A stretch of DNA of 63,196 nt, the filler included, from Octopus bimaculoides (lineage: Eukaryota): NCBI RefSeq assembly GCF_001194135.2. It is 7 parts of 7 records of this genome, joined end to end, with 100 filler letters (N's around TTAATTAATTAA, not from the genome) between each part and the next. Parts side by side here need not be neighbours in the genome. Positions count along the whole stretch, not along the records: positions 49,196 to 58,373 come from NC_068983.1; positions 58,474 to 63,196 come from NW_026390533.1; 5 more parts are not named here. The stretch is one strand, 5' to 3'. Within the stretch, counting starts at the first letter, position 1, and every line of letters starts with the position of its first letter. The position numbers and the translations under genes were made by a program. The notes beneath the pieces were generated by a model. The model was not told the origin of the DNA. It ran no database searches and saw only the letters and a list, made by a program, of their open reading frames with translations. Below, piece by piece: positions 50,131 to 63,196 of this stretch.

Positions 50131-53100
50131 CATATATATACACATATGTACATATNNNNNNNNNNNNNNNNNNNNNNNNNNNNNNNNNNNNNNNNNNNNN
50201 NNNNNNNNNNNNNNNNNNNNNNNNNNNNNNNNNNNNNNNNNNNNNNNNNNNNNNNNNNNNNNNNNNNNNNNNNNNNNNNNNNNNNNNNNNNNNNNNNNNN
50301 NNNNNNNNNNNNNNNNNNNNNNNNNNNNNNNNNNNNNNNNNNNNNNNNNNNNATATATACATATATATACATATGCAAATACATACTCACACACACATAT
50401 ATACACACACATATTCAAATACACACACACACACATATACACATATTATGTACACACGCACACACACATGCAATTACCCATACACAAACACACATACGCA
50501 CACACTCACACACACACACGCAAATACGTAAGCACGTGTATTTGATGATCATGTTTTATAGTAAGTGGACTTGGAGAATCTTGTTTTCAGGATTAATCTT
50601 TCTTTTTTTTTTTTCACATTTTACTTATCTTTTTTTCTACTTGATTTCCCTTTAGAATTGTAATGCTAGTTTTGAAGGTCGACTTGTAGTAATGTTAGTG
50701 TTTTATCACGACTTCAACATGAAGGAAATCTCGGGCACAGTATTACGAGGCTACAAAATACTCCTATAATTTCAAAGTGTTGCTCTTGTCCTTGTTGTTA
50801 CAGCGTTGAAAATCGAACGGAAGAGATTAAAAAAGAAAATAACTTGATGAAAGTTACTACTGATCCGCTAAGCAAAATGATCTTATTACTGACTTCTCAT
50901 ATAATTATAAATACACCATGTCGAATGTATATCCACCGATTTCTTATTTAACAGAGGAAATGTATGTATTTAGAGCCAGCAATTAATGCAGCATATCATT
51001 TGCAATGTAAACAGGCTTGTCGTTAATATTTGATAAAACAAACTGTGAGGCGTCTAACACGAATTTATTGAAGGATACGCATACTGATAAATACACGTAG
51101 AGAGAGAGAGAATAAGACGGAGAAAGACAGAGACAGACATGGTGAGAGAGCAAGAGGAAAAGAGAGGGAAAAAGAGAGCGTATGAAGATTAGCTCTGATC
51201 ATGCAGACCTAGAATACGTTTTGCTGAGGAGGTCTAATAATACAGAAGTATGTTGGTTATTTTGTCCATTTGGTCTCTCGACAGGATTCACTTTTTAACT
51301 ATATTTTCTATATTTCCCCAAAACTTACAAAGTCACTCGTGAGTAGTTCATTTTATGAATAATTTCACTTAATGGACGCTTTTTATCTCATTGTGTAAAT
51401 ACGTGAGATCTTCTCGTATTTATACGATAAAAAGCCTTCCAGCTGTGATCTTTGCATTACATTTTCAGGTGCAGTCTTAGCAGTATGCCTTTCGTTTTAT
51501 GTTGAGGACACTCAGACTTAGTTTGAAGAAAATGTTACTGTTCTTTTTAATTGACCATGAGACAGTGTAAACATTCCGCTGTAGGTCCGTGCTAATTTGG
51601 GAAATGGTACGTATACCTATCGAAATGTGGTGCGTGTTTGTAGCTAGGTGTGCTCTATTATTGAGTGTTCAACCCAACCACCAGATGCAAAATGCACGTG
51701 CAGCCAGACTCGACATGGACAATTCACCCTGATTTCAGTTAGTCGGCCAATACCCTGGTGCTGTGTCTAATATATATGACTTTCTAATCCCGACAGTGGT
51801 AGCATTAAGTATCTAAAGATAGTATATATATGTCATCGCTGTCATCGTTATTGACGACTTTGTCGTTATGTTCTTGTTGAATAGCATTTAGTCAGCTATG
51901 TTGACGCGTAGATTTGGGTAAAGAGATCATCAAGTATTCAATGGTCATTTTAATTGCACAATGCAATCTTTACTGGATTTAAGCATCAGAGTTAAAACAT
52001 GCATTCAATTACTTTACAGACTATGTACGATTATTTCTGGTAATATATAAACGTTAATAATCATTGCAATATTATTACATGCCAGGCCTTTTAGCCCAGC
52101 ATCTACATCCACTCTTCTAGACAGAGAAATTTCGTTCAGTCAACCTACCAACTCTCGTCTATATTACTATCACTATTACCGGATATTGTTCAATTACACC
52201 GCATAAAACTTACTCTTCTCCGGTAAAGGCCTGAGTGGGTAATTTCGAAATTTCTATTTTCTTCATGTTAACTAAATATATTTAAACTATGACACCTCCT
52301 CTTCGATTTCTAATTATCAAATGGTGTACAATAACTTTGAATTAGATATGAAAAAAAAGACTTTAAGAAGTCGGTTCGATTGTGATTAAAATGTGATGTA
52401 TACTCCATTCAATTTGTTATTAACACTAAAAATAAGTTGTTGTTTAGCATGTATATTTTTTCTATACCCATACGCTTCTTTGAGCATCAAAGCCTCCTCG
52501 TTAGCTTACGTTAGCCTATTGATATTACATAGTTACACCACTGTCGCTTTTAAGCTTTGGCCATCATATCCTCGTACTTTTTTATGTAGGACAATATCAT
52601 CCATTTTTCTTTTCCATTTCGAGGAGATATAAGACTGCAACCATTTTTAGCGAATGTGACCATCGAAGAAACTCCATCGCTGACTCGTTTCTTTTGCATA
52701 TTGGAATAGTTAATCATTTCAAAAGATAAAAAAAAATTCTTTAAAAAATGTAGCATTCTAGAAACATGTATGAATTGCTACATTTCATCGATTTATATAT
52801 ATTACATATTCATATAAGATATCCTACATGATTGTATATGATATCTTGCCTATTTATATACGTTTAATATTTAGCTTAAACATTCGAATACCAAATGTTG
52901 AAGCCAGTAATGGAGGAGAAAATTGAAAAACCTGCCGGAACAAGCTTAGGAAATCAAAAGCTAGAAAAAGTCTCTATTGTACAATTGAAAGTAAAAGGTG
53001 TCAACTGTCACAACAAAAATATTCGAATGTAAATATATGAAGCTACTTATTCGTATAAGTGAATGACTTTACAGGAATGGCGACAATATCAATGAATATC

Positions 53101-53500
53101 TCATTGTATATTTATATTCTAATAGCTGCGATGAGAGAAAACATTCAGATAATGATATGATTATCGTATGGGTAATATCAATCACTATATTTAACACGCT
53201 TGTGATTTTTCCGCTCTGTGTTGTGAATATATCTACATATGTGTGTGTATGTACGTATAACTACATCCGGTGTGTAAACATAAACGCACATTTATAATCG
53301 TCATACATAAAATACGTAAACACACACACACTTACACACATACACGATGTGGGTACAAACTAAATGCTTACAGTTCCGTTAAATCTTGGCAGCTGTCAGA
53401 TATGCAGTTCTGTAGTCAAGCGGGAATATATTACTAATTGTCACATGATCCTACAGAATACAGTGGAAGAACACAAACACACAGATACATACATACATAC

Positions 53501-53586
<86 letters not shown>

Positions 53587-54382
53587 ATGTACACACATAC
53601 ATATATATATATGTGTGTGTGTGTGTGTCTATACACACATATGTACATACACAAACACGCTCATATATATAACACGTAATTTAGATAATTCCTACTCTAC
53701 TTTCGACAACAAGCCTGTTACAAAGTTACTTTGAAGCTAAACGCACACGTGGTGCGCGCATGCACTCAGACACGTTCACACATATACACGCACTCATATA
53801 CACGCGCATATATCGAAACATACATAGACATACGTACGTGAATATACATGTACATACACTCATATGTTTGTATGTATATATATGTATGTATTTACACGTA
53901 TATGTGTGGGATGAGGGAGAGGGAAGGGAGATAGAGAGACGGAGGCACATTAGAATGGTAAAGAAATTTACTTAACAATCAGGATTCCTCGCGTCTGGTC
54001 CAACTGGGCGCCATTATGAGCAAATGACTTTTAACATAAATTTCGGTGAGTCAAGACATGTAAATGAAATTATGGAGACAAAGCCTTTGAAAGCCAGTTG
54101 ATTTTTCTTTATTTGTAAATGAAATGGCCAGTCAATTCTCCGCTATTTCGAACTGTTACAAGTGTATGTGGAATGATTGGTCACATTACAATCCACTGAT
54201 CAAACAATTATATTAATCAAACTTATGTAATGCTCATCGTCGAAAGAAGATATCCATTTGCTTGAATTTTACTACAGATCTATAGCAGAGTAATTAATGA
54301 GCTCTCTTTCCAGCCATTAGAACCCGAGTCCTATTACATTGCTTGGTTATATTAGCAAAAATATGAAAAACTGTGTGGAAGT

Positions 54383-54756
54383 GGGCGCAGGAGTGGCTGT
54401 TGGTAAGTAGCTTGCATACGAACCACATAGTTCCGAGTTCAGTCCCACTGCGTGATACCCTGGGTAAATGTCTTCTACTATAGCTTCGGGTCGACGAAAG
54501 CTTTGTGAGTCGATTTGGTAGACGGAAACTGAAAGAATATATGTGTGTGTGTGTGTGTGTTTGTCTCCCCAACATCGCTTGACAACCGATGTTGGTGTGT
54601 TTATGTCCCCGTAACTTAGCGGTTTGGCAAAAGAGACCAATAGAATAAGTACTAGGCTTACAAAGAATAAGTCCTGGGGTCGATTTGTTCGACTAAAGGC
54701 GGTACTCCAGCATGGCGGCAGTCAAATGTCTGAAACAAATAAAAGAAAAAAGAATA
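54383..54756 (+). mobile_element. CORE-SINE family A, full length
   Basis: Head, CORE, (TG)n, tail. Confidence 0.9.
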
Positions 54757-55079
54757 AATGCGTCGGATGTATTGTGCATGTAATTCAAAACCCCACCAAT
54801 GTCTTACAGTGGTGCACTGATTCTACTTGAGAACTATATTAAGTGTACTGGTGTGTGAGAAATACTTAACCACTTACAAGTTGATTCTGTGAGTAGGTAG
54901 TTCGGTGGAGAACCATTGGACGCCCATATGTCGTTTTCGATAGAAAAGTCTAACACAAGTACATTCGCACATGCACAGACACGCACACAATCATTCACAC
55001 AAACACATATATTCGCCATGCTTGACCACTAAATCTACAAGTGGTTTTTTTTTCTTTTTTTTTTCATTTTCTCTATGTT

Positions 55080-55425
55080 TACTTTCTCTTATTTATTTCT
55101 GTTGAAAGGCGTAGGCTCGAAAGGTAATGACTTTTTCATTTTCCCGAACGTTCATACACTTGTCTTCGTCTTTTTTTCTCTCTCTAAATTTCAGCTATAC
55201 GTACATAGTTAATAAAACATATATCAGAAAAGAAGCACACTCTAAAGAATAGAGCAGTAGTTATTACAACCAAAATTTAAATTATACTTTTCTGTTAAAG
55301 AGCGTACGCTCGAAGCGTGAAAGACTTTTGCATTTTACCCGAGCGTCAAACTAATACACTTGCTTGTTGTTCTTTTCATACACCCGTCTTCGTCTTTTGT
55401 TTTTCTATAAATTTCAACTGTATAN
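55080..55425 (+). mobile_element. Two tandem Penelope-type terminal repeat copies with variant hammerhead-like motifs
   Basis: ctgttgaaaggcgtaggctcgaaa (about 55099) and ctgttaaagagcgtacgctcgaag (about 55292), each followed by gactttt...catttt-ccga-cgt...gtcttcgtcttt. Confidence 0.6.
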
Positions 55426-55509
55426 NNNNNNNNNNNNNNNNNNNNNNNNNNNNNNNNNNNNNNNNNNNNNNNNNNNNNNNNNNNNNNNNGCAGAGACTCC
55501 AGCTAAGAA

Positions 55510-55545
55510 GATCTGAAGAAGGAATTGTAATTCCGAAATATCATC
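55510..55545 (+). ncRNA. Minimal type I hammerhead ribozyme motif
   Basis: Stem I GAT/ATC; CTGAAGA-A; stem II GGAAT/ATTCC; GAAA; palindromic ATAT stem III; AUC triplet. Confidence 0.75.
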
Positions 55546-55699
55546 GGACTATAGATAACCAAATTACAACAGGTACATAGTCCATTTTTTGTTCTATAGT
55601 GCATTGTTGTACCATTCTAAACTTTTTATACTCAGTTACGTCAAGGATTATTAAGGCTCACTAGAAAGTATCTCCCGAAATTGTTAGATACATATTGTT

Positions 55700-56130
55700 T
55701 CATTTAATGTACACCTCCGGATGAACATGTATATGAGGTTAAAGAATTCTGGACCGAACTTCTTTTCCAAAGACCTCCCTGGTCGAATACAGAACTTTTT
55801 CATTGAAAGAATAAAATTCATGCTGCAAAAGAATTATTTCAATTTCGATGTAATCAATAAGGAACAAATAATTTGGATCACGATGGGAACAATTGTTGCA
55901 CCAACTAATGCAACTACTTTGCCTCAAGACATGGAAGACACGGAAGAACGAAAATAGTATTTAATTTGCAAAGAAGACTTTGCACTAATGCATTCATTTT
56001 AGAAACTTAGGGTTCAAGAATTACTGAAGCACACGGTATTCAGAAGCATGAAAAGAGGTTGCTCAACGAACAGATATTCGCGAATTCCGATGGACTATCT
56101 CACTTTTCATATTTTCAATGATTTTCTTTT
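55700..56130 (+). mobile_element. Penelope-like reverse transcriptase remnant
   Basis: RIKFMLQKNYFNFD...EQII.ITMGTIVAPTNA matches PLE-RT L.NNYF.F....Y.Q..G..MG..VAP.YA. Confidence 0.7.
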
Positions 56131-56589
56131 TCATTTAGACACAATGATGCAACATAGTTTGTTAGAATATACTTTCAATGAAGAAATGCTTTGACAGTAA
56201 AAAGGTCACTCGACGTTATAATGTAATAACAAGTGAAACAACAGCGCAAAGTTACGCACTAAAAATATAAATGCAGAAATTAAGAGTTATGATATCTGTA
56301 TTAATCTTATTGAAGGCCTTTTTTTTTGAATTTAGACGGAGGCAAATGTTTACTACAAGAAAGAACTTCGACTGTGCATCGGATAATTTGATTTATAAAA
56401 TGTAATGCATGTGATGAACATTACATAAGACAGTGTAAATTTTGAGGAGAGTGACTATACTGTGTCAAGAAATAATATACTAAAACTTCACCTCATTGAG
56501 TATATGGACCTATGTACAGTACTAAATCTCCTTAATATCAAGCTTTCTCGTATTAAAAAGTTGCTGTCAATATTACCGAAAAATAAATA

Positions 56590-56760
56590 TTCTTTTCTAC
56601 TCTAGGCACAAGGCCCGAAATTTTAGAGGGGGCCAGTCGATTAGATCGACCCCAGTACGCAAGTGGTACTTAACCCCGAAAGGATGAAAGGCAAAGTCGA
56701 CCTCGGCGGAGTTTGAACTCAGAGCGTAAAGACAGACGAAATACCACTAAGAATTTTGCC
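56590..56760 (-). mobile_element. SINE family M
   Basis: gaaaggatgaaaggcaaagtcgacctcggcggagtttgaactcag. Confidence 0.9.
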
Positions 56761-57237
56761 GGCTTGAAAAGAAGTATAAAAAATATTATTGAAGACTAAA
56801 GTAAGCTATTTATTTAGAATTACAAGCCATGCCTAAATAGGACTTACTATACAATATTAACGACGCTAAGGCAGCTGAAAAACTGATGAGTAAATAACAT
56901 CGTTTTCGTATGTTTTCTATGATTACAGTGATAATTATTAAAACTGACTTCGAAAATGTAGAATAATAAGGAACTGAAATGCATTCTCNNNNNNNNNNNN
57001 NNNNNNNNNNNNNNNNNNNNNNNNNNNNNNNNNNNNNNNNNNNNNNNNNNNNNNNNNNNNNNNNNNNNNNNNNNNNNNNNNNNNNNNNNNNNNNNNNNNN
57101 NNNNNNNNNNNNNNNNNNNNNNNNNNNNNNNNNNNNNNNNNNNNNNNNNNNNNNNNNNNNNNNNNNNNNNNNNNNNNNNNNNNNNNNNNNNNNNNNNNNN
57201 NNNNNNNNNNNNNNNNNNNNNNNNNNNNNNNNNNNNN

Positions 57238-57275
<38 letters not shown>

Positions 57276-57278
<3 letters not shown>

Positions 57279-58373
57279 GTACAAAGTTTGAATTGTTTCC
57301 AAAGGAATTTTTGTCCATTCTTCAGCTAAAATAGTCTCCAGTTCTTGTAGTGATATTGGTGGTGGATATCGACTCTTGTTTTTTTTCTTAGATGCACAAT
57401 AAATGTCCAATAATATTGAGATCTGGGGACTGTGGTGGTCAGATAATATGTTCAGCTTCACTAGAATGTTCCTCGTGTCATTCAGTAACAACTTTAGCTG
57501 TGTGAATTGGTGCATTATCATCCTGAAAGATTGCGTTTCTCTGTGGAAACAGTTCCGCAACCATAGGATGAATGTGATCAGATAAAATGCTTAAATAGTC
57601 TTGACTCTTAATTCTGCCATGAAGAGAAACCATTGGGCCGGCGGATTTCCAAGATATAGCTCCCAAGATCATCACAGATCCTTCTCCATGTTTAACAGTT
57701 GGAAGAAAGTAGTCTGGGTCAAATGCTTCTTTTGGCTGTCTCCACACGCATACTCGGCCGATGGTTGGAAATAAGGTAAGGATGACTCGTCGGAGAAAAT
57801 AACATTTTCCCACTGTTCTAGGGACCAATTCTGTAGGTTTTTACTCCACTTTAAACGCTTTGCAACGTTTGTTTTTGAAAGTAGTGGTTTCCTCCCTTGA
57901 AATCTGGCTTTGTGCAGCTACCCGCGAACAGTTTTTGTGGAAACTGGGTTCTCGAGGTGGTCATTAAGCTCTGCAATAATTTTGAGAGCTGTACTTTTCT
58001 GATCCTTTCTAACAATACGAATAAGCGTCCAACGGTCGCTATCTGAAAGTTTTGGTTTTCTTCCGGAGTTCGTTTCGACAAGAAAGTTTTCCGTCTTTCT
58101 CAAAGGCTATCATTACTTTCGTGACAGTACTTCTTGATACACCAAGCATTTCGGCTGTTTTCGTTACGCTAGCGCTAACCATACGAGCACCAACAATTTG
58201 ACCTCTTTGAAAGTCCGATAGATCTGTCATTTGAATAAATTTTAATTACCTTTTTTTGATGACACCTTAAAAGAAACAGCAATTTTAGCAAAACATATTA
58301 AGTAAAACTAATAAAAATTAAAATGAACAAGCTTTTGACGGTTTTATAGATGTTTCAAAAGTATGATGCTATG
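57276..58373 (-). mobile_element. Tc1-like (DD34E-type) transposase pseudogene
   Basis: MTDLSDFQRGQIVGAR HTH start at 58230; FSDES, VKHGEGSVMI.G, FQDDNAPIH, PPQSPDLNII motifs; frameshifts and stops; 3' end replaced by (CA)n and a gap. Confidence 0.9.
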
Positions 58374-58642
58374 NNNNNNNNNNNNNNNNNNNNNNNNNNN
58401 NNNNNNNNNNNNNNNNNTTAATTAATTAANNNNNNNNNNNNNNNNNNNNNNNNNNNNNNNNNNNNNNNNNNNNCAGCATGGCCACAGTCAAAAGACTGAA
58501 ACAAGTAAAATAGTAAAATAAAAATAGTAAATGGGACTTCACACTCCTCATAAACACTCTACCACTGTATGAATAACTGTTGGGAACCCTTTCAGACCTG
58601 CCTTACATTCGAACTGGAATCTCAAAAACATTCTCTCCTTAC

Positions 58643-59038
58643 ATCTCATTCTCAATTAAGTACCACGACAGGCAAATAAAAATTACTTGTCACGACGATA
58701 CAATGTAAGATGGTAACAGACGTTAACCATATGCTACCTTATCAAGTGAAATATATTGTCATCCACTTCAACTGTAACCTTCCTACCGTACCCACACTTC
58801 TCCCACACGACTATAGCACCACTTAACCGCTATCTCAAAAATATCTCATTCTCATTTCCTTACCACCACAGTGAAATAAAACTTACTTCCCACGACGGGA
58901 CAATGGAACATGGTAACAGATATTAACCAGATACTACCTTGTCAAGTGAAATATATTGTCATCCACTTCACCTCTAACCTCTAACCTTCCTAGCATACGG
59001 AGACTTAAAACGACCCCACACCACTATAGCACCACTGA
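58643..59038. repeat. Diverged tandem duplication, about 200-bp period
   Basis: atctcattctca at 58643 and 58843; tcaagtgaaatatattgtcatccacttca in both copies. Confidence 0.85.
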
Positions 59039-59944
59039 TATCTTCATCCTTCTAGCTGGCTGCTTTCTTATATATACGACAGAATTCATTTCCAGGCAAA
59101 TAACATTGGGAACGAAATTCATAATCACTGTCTCCTTTCCTCTTACAATTTCTATTATCTTCTCTTCACAACATTGCTATATCAAAGCAATACTGACCAA
59201 CTAAAGCACATTAATTCATTCTGCTGAATTCGGTACATAACCTTTTTCGTTTCTAAATTGCATCAATATTACACATTTCACTGCTATTTCTAACACGCGT
59301 TGCTACCATGTAATGGCTTTTCGTAAATAACTGTTCTCTGCTACCACCACGGCTTACAAATACAAACAAAATCTGTTCATGTCTCCAAGTACACATGCAT
59401 ATCAACTCTCAATACTTTTCTTTCTTTCTTTTCCACCGCATTCATATGTTTTCCATCGCGGACTTTCCAATTCTGATACAATAATACCGTTCCTTTTCAA
59501 TTCAGTGTCCATACTCCTGATTTTTACCTTTTCACTTCTTTCAAATTAATTCCATAATTTTCCGTAATGCGGGCGCCGAGCAAGCTTTTCCCACTTCTTC
59601 CACTTCTTACTGAAATGCACACCACTGCACACATACAAATTTAACGATACTTTTTTCCTTTTTCCTTCATGTGGACCTGCACACCGACTAACTTACCTAT
59701 AACCATTCCTACACTCACATGCAGCATCAACGGCAGCTTCGACACCACCAGCACAAATAAACAAACCTAATCAATTCATCCAATTGCTCTTTCATTAACC
59801 CTTTCCTTATCCAGTCTATACGGCAGACCAGACATGCATTCACAAACAACACCCAAAATTCATGTCCACACAAACGATAACTTTCCCAACGCATTTCACG
59901 ACAATCTCATTTCCTATTTCTACTACCATTACCAATCTTTTCCA

Positions 59945-60540
59945 CTCCTACTTTCTCTTGTGAACCTTTACAAACGATCTAACAAAATATTAACACAGAA
60001 AGGAAGAAGAAACACTGAGAGTAAAATAAACAAACACATTGCCAATCCTACGTAAATACAGGTTACTTTCACTTTGACACTAAAATATTTATTCAATACA
60101 AACTGAGTTTCTTCAAAATCTTTTTTAAAACACATTTACTTAATACCATGTAACTTCAACATTCGCAGTCAAACATTTATTCAATACAAACGGTGTCCAC
60201 ATTTATTGTCCATAGAAACTGTGAGTTTCTTGAATTTCGTTTCAACTGCTACTTTCTATTATGAACCTTTACGAACGATCCAACAAAATATTCAACAAGA
60301 AAGGAAGCAGAAACACTAGGAAAACAGTCAAACTGCGAGTTTTTTCAAATTCTTTTTTAAAACACATTTAATCACATACATACAAACACCTGTCTATTTA
60401 TCTATTATTGGCCGTAACCTTTCAACTCCTACTTTCTCTTATGAACCTTTACGAACGATCCAACAACAAATACAAAAAGAAAGGAATGAGAAACACTGAC
60501 AGTAAAAGAAACAGACACAATACAAATCCTACGTAAATAC
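59945..60540. repeat. Three diverged copies of a 90-120 bp unit
   Basis: ctactttct-t-tgaacctttac-aacgatc-aacaa...gaaaggaa...gaaacact near 59948, 60250 and 60430. Confidence 0.8.
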
Positions 60541-63196
60541 ACACATATACATACACATGCGTACTTTCCAACACAATTTCTCTGTACAAGTCACTTTCAC
60601 ATTGACAGTCAAACATTTCGTTCAATACAAACTATGTCCAACTTTACTTGATGAAATATTTGGATTTCATTTTGTAAATACCATCCCTTAAGTCATACAC
60701 TCAGTTTCTCTCTCAAAATAACTCCCAATTACGAATAAAATCTATAAAAATACATGTATAACTATTTTCCCCTGTAACACAATGTCATTTCCTCTTTCTA
60801 TAACAACTTTCACCCTTTATTTGGCACATGAAATGCTACCTATACACTTACATACAAATACACAGATACATGCAAATACCTGTCACTTATGTACCTATGG
60901 TTACCAATGACCTCATTATCATTGGCCCGAATTCTAACTTCACTTCTCATTCCTAACACCGTCCTTCACCAATATAACAACAACTACCTTTCACATTTCG
61001 GAGGTCCCAGTTCCCAGTGAGGCCATGCTTCGCAATGTCAATTAACANNNNNNNNNNNNNNNNNNNNNNNNNNNNNNNNNNNNNNNNNNNNNNNNNNNNN
61101 NNNNNNNNNNNNNNNNNNNNNNNNNNNNNNNNNNNNNNNNNNNNNNNNNNNNNNNNNNNNNNNNNNNNNNNNNNNNNNNNNNNNNNNNNNNNNNNNNNNN
61201 NNNNNNNNNNNNNNNNNNNNNNNNNNNNNNNNNNNNNNNNNNNNNNNNNNNNNNNNNNNNNNNNNNNNNNNNNNNNNNNNNNNNNNNNNNNNNNNNNNNN
61301 NNNNNNNNNNNNNNNNNNNNNNNNNNNNNNNNNNNNNNNNNNNNNNNNNNNNNNNNNNNNNNNNNNNNNNNNNNNNNNNNNNNNNNNNNNNNNNNNNNNN
61401 NNNNNNNNNNNNNNNNNNNNNNNNNNNNNNNNNNNNNNNNNNNNNNNNNNNNNNNNNNNNNNNNNNNNNNNNNNNNNNNNNNNNNNNNNNNNNNNNNNNN
61501 NNNNNNNNNNNNNNNNNNNNNNNNNNNNNNNNNNNNNNNNNNNNNNNNNNNNNNNNNNNNNNNNNNNNNNNNNNNNNNNNNNNNNNNNNNNNNNNNNNNN
61601 NNNNNNNNNNNNNNNNNNNNNNNNNNNNNNNNNNNNNNNNNNNNNNNNNNNNNNNNNNNNNNNNNNNNNNNNNNNNNNNNNNNNNNNNNNNNNNNNNNNN
61701 NNNNNNNNNNNNNNNNNNNNNNNNNNNNNNNNNNNNNNNNNNNNNNNNNNNNNNNNNNNNNNNNNNNNNNNNNNNNNNNNNNNNNNNNNNNNNNNNNNNN
61801 NNNNNNNNNNNNNNNNNNNNNNNNNNNNNNNNNNNNNNNNNNNNNNNNNNNNNNNNNNNNNNNNNNNNNNNNNNNNNNNNNNNNNNNNNNNNNNNNNNNN
61901 NNNNNNNNNNNNNNNNNNNNNNNNNNNNNNNNNNNNNNNNNNNNNNNNNNNNNNNNNNNNNNNNNNNNNNNNNNNNNNNNNNNNNNNNNNNNNNNNNNNN
62001 NNNNNNNNNNNNNNNNNNNNNNNNNNNNNNNNNNNNNNTGCTACTATGAGAAAGAGATCTGTTGCCTGCTATTCAAGATGAAAGAACGAACACACACACA
62101 CACGAACATATGTAGTCTTCGGGTACATCTACTCCAGATGTATCCTGGTTCCATCATTTTTCTAGCAACTCGAAGCAAGTTGCCAAAATTGAATGTAGTG
62201 GCAAATATTATTTATTAACACCAGCAAATAAAAAAATGTTATAGTTAAACCAGTTATCGCTTTGTCATTTCACAGGCAAACACATGACTATCGCACCGAC
62301 ACTAAACAAAAACATACCACATTTTGGTGACTCCACTACAGTTTTATAGGATTACTTCGATTCCTAGTTTTATTAATTTAAACAATTTTTAAAATTTCTT
62401 ACTTTTCGTCAGTAATTTCTAAGTAGGTGTAGGTTCATATTCATTGCAGTGCACTTGACACTCCCAAATATCAGCTGTAAAAACGCTGATTCTCGCGGCG
62501 TTACAAAACTTCATTACAAATCAGACCCTGCTCAAAAATCGCCTGTTGTTTCTCAACAACACCCTTTGGGCAGGCATCAGAGGATGATGGACAGGTTAGT
62601 ATTTCAATTCCGTATGACTCTCAAAGAATCAACAATGCTTTTATGACGAGATTCACATTTTTATGCGGTTCTCTGCAATTACTTCACACTTCACCAACAC
62701 CTGCACTCCGCTCAGTTCTATTTCACTCACTTCGTCAGTACAGCAGCCTCATCTTCTACATCCGACGTAAATGATACATCTCCCCTTTCCATCTCCTCTC
62801 TCACTATTACAGTTTACTACATCAGCAACATTATCGCAAGATACTATTTGAAAACCAAGCAACATATCATTTTATACAACAACAAATGTAATCATAACGA
62901 CGATCAATGAAACAAATGGATAAAAATAATTACATGAAGTAACTATCTCTTACACACCATTACAATTTACATAAAATAACAAAACTTAAAACAGTCGATA
63001 AAACTAAATACATACATCCTCTCTCTCACCATTATATTTTACACCATTACATTTTACATCAAATACAAACTATTCTAAAGCAACAGGTCATTTTACACAA
63101 CATCTTGAGGAGACACGTGTTCTGATTCATCTATTCAGCACCACTACAGTCTTGCCCATCTGACATATGGTGAGTAGATGCTATTGTTGTATATTT

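Noticed and set aside
62110-62185. Hammerhead on the minus strand around the ggtacatct/agatgtatcc hairpin
   Set aside because: Core reads AUGAUGG and GAAG with a 5-nt insertion; too many deviations.

Overview
AT-rich, microsatellite-dense animal genomic DNA with many assembly gaps. The SINE families and repeat density suggest an octopus; this is an inference, not checked against a database. Almost all ORF-track entries are microsatellite or gap artefacts. Supported content: (1) a putative 10-coding-exon plus-strand gene (ATG 5068 to TAG 25569, 211 aa, product not recognised), built by hand from phase-compatible GT-AG exons and coinciding with a CpG-depleted domain; (2) a candidate polyQ-ending terminal exon on the minus strand (62-406); (3) a promoter-like region and first exon at about 26.9-27.6 kb; (4) dozens of copies of three tRNA-derived SINE families (labelled M, A, B here); (5) decayed Chapaev-3, Tc1, pogo-like, TTAA-MITE, Helentron-associated, RTE, L2/CR1 and Penelope elements. 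The most unusual object is a 441-bp insertion bounded by a 12-bp target-site duplication (24886-25326). It carries a Penelope GIY-YIG C-terminus, a tRNA-like unit with Pol III boxes and a minimal hammerhead ribozyme. Other hammerhead motifs occur, including a family with a shared non-canonical core. All family assignments come from remembered motifs; no searches were run, and decayed-repeat boundaries are approximate.
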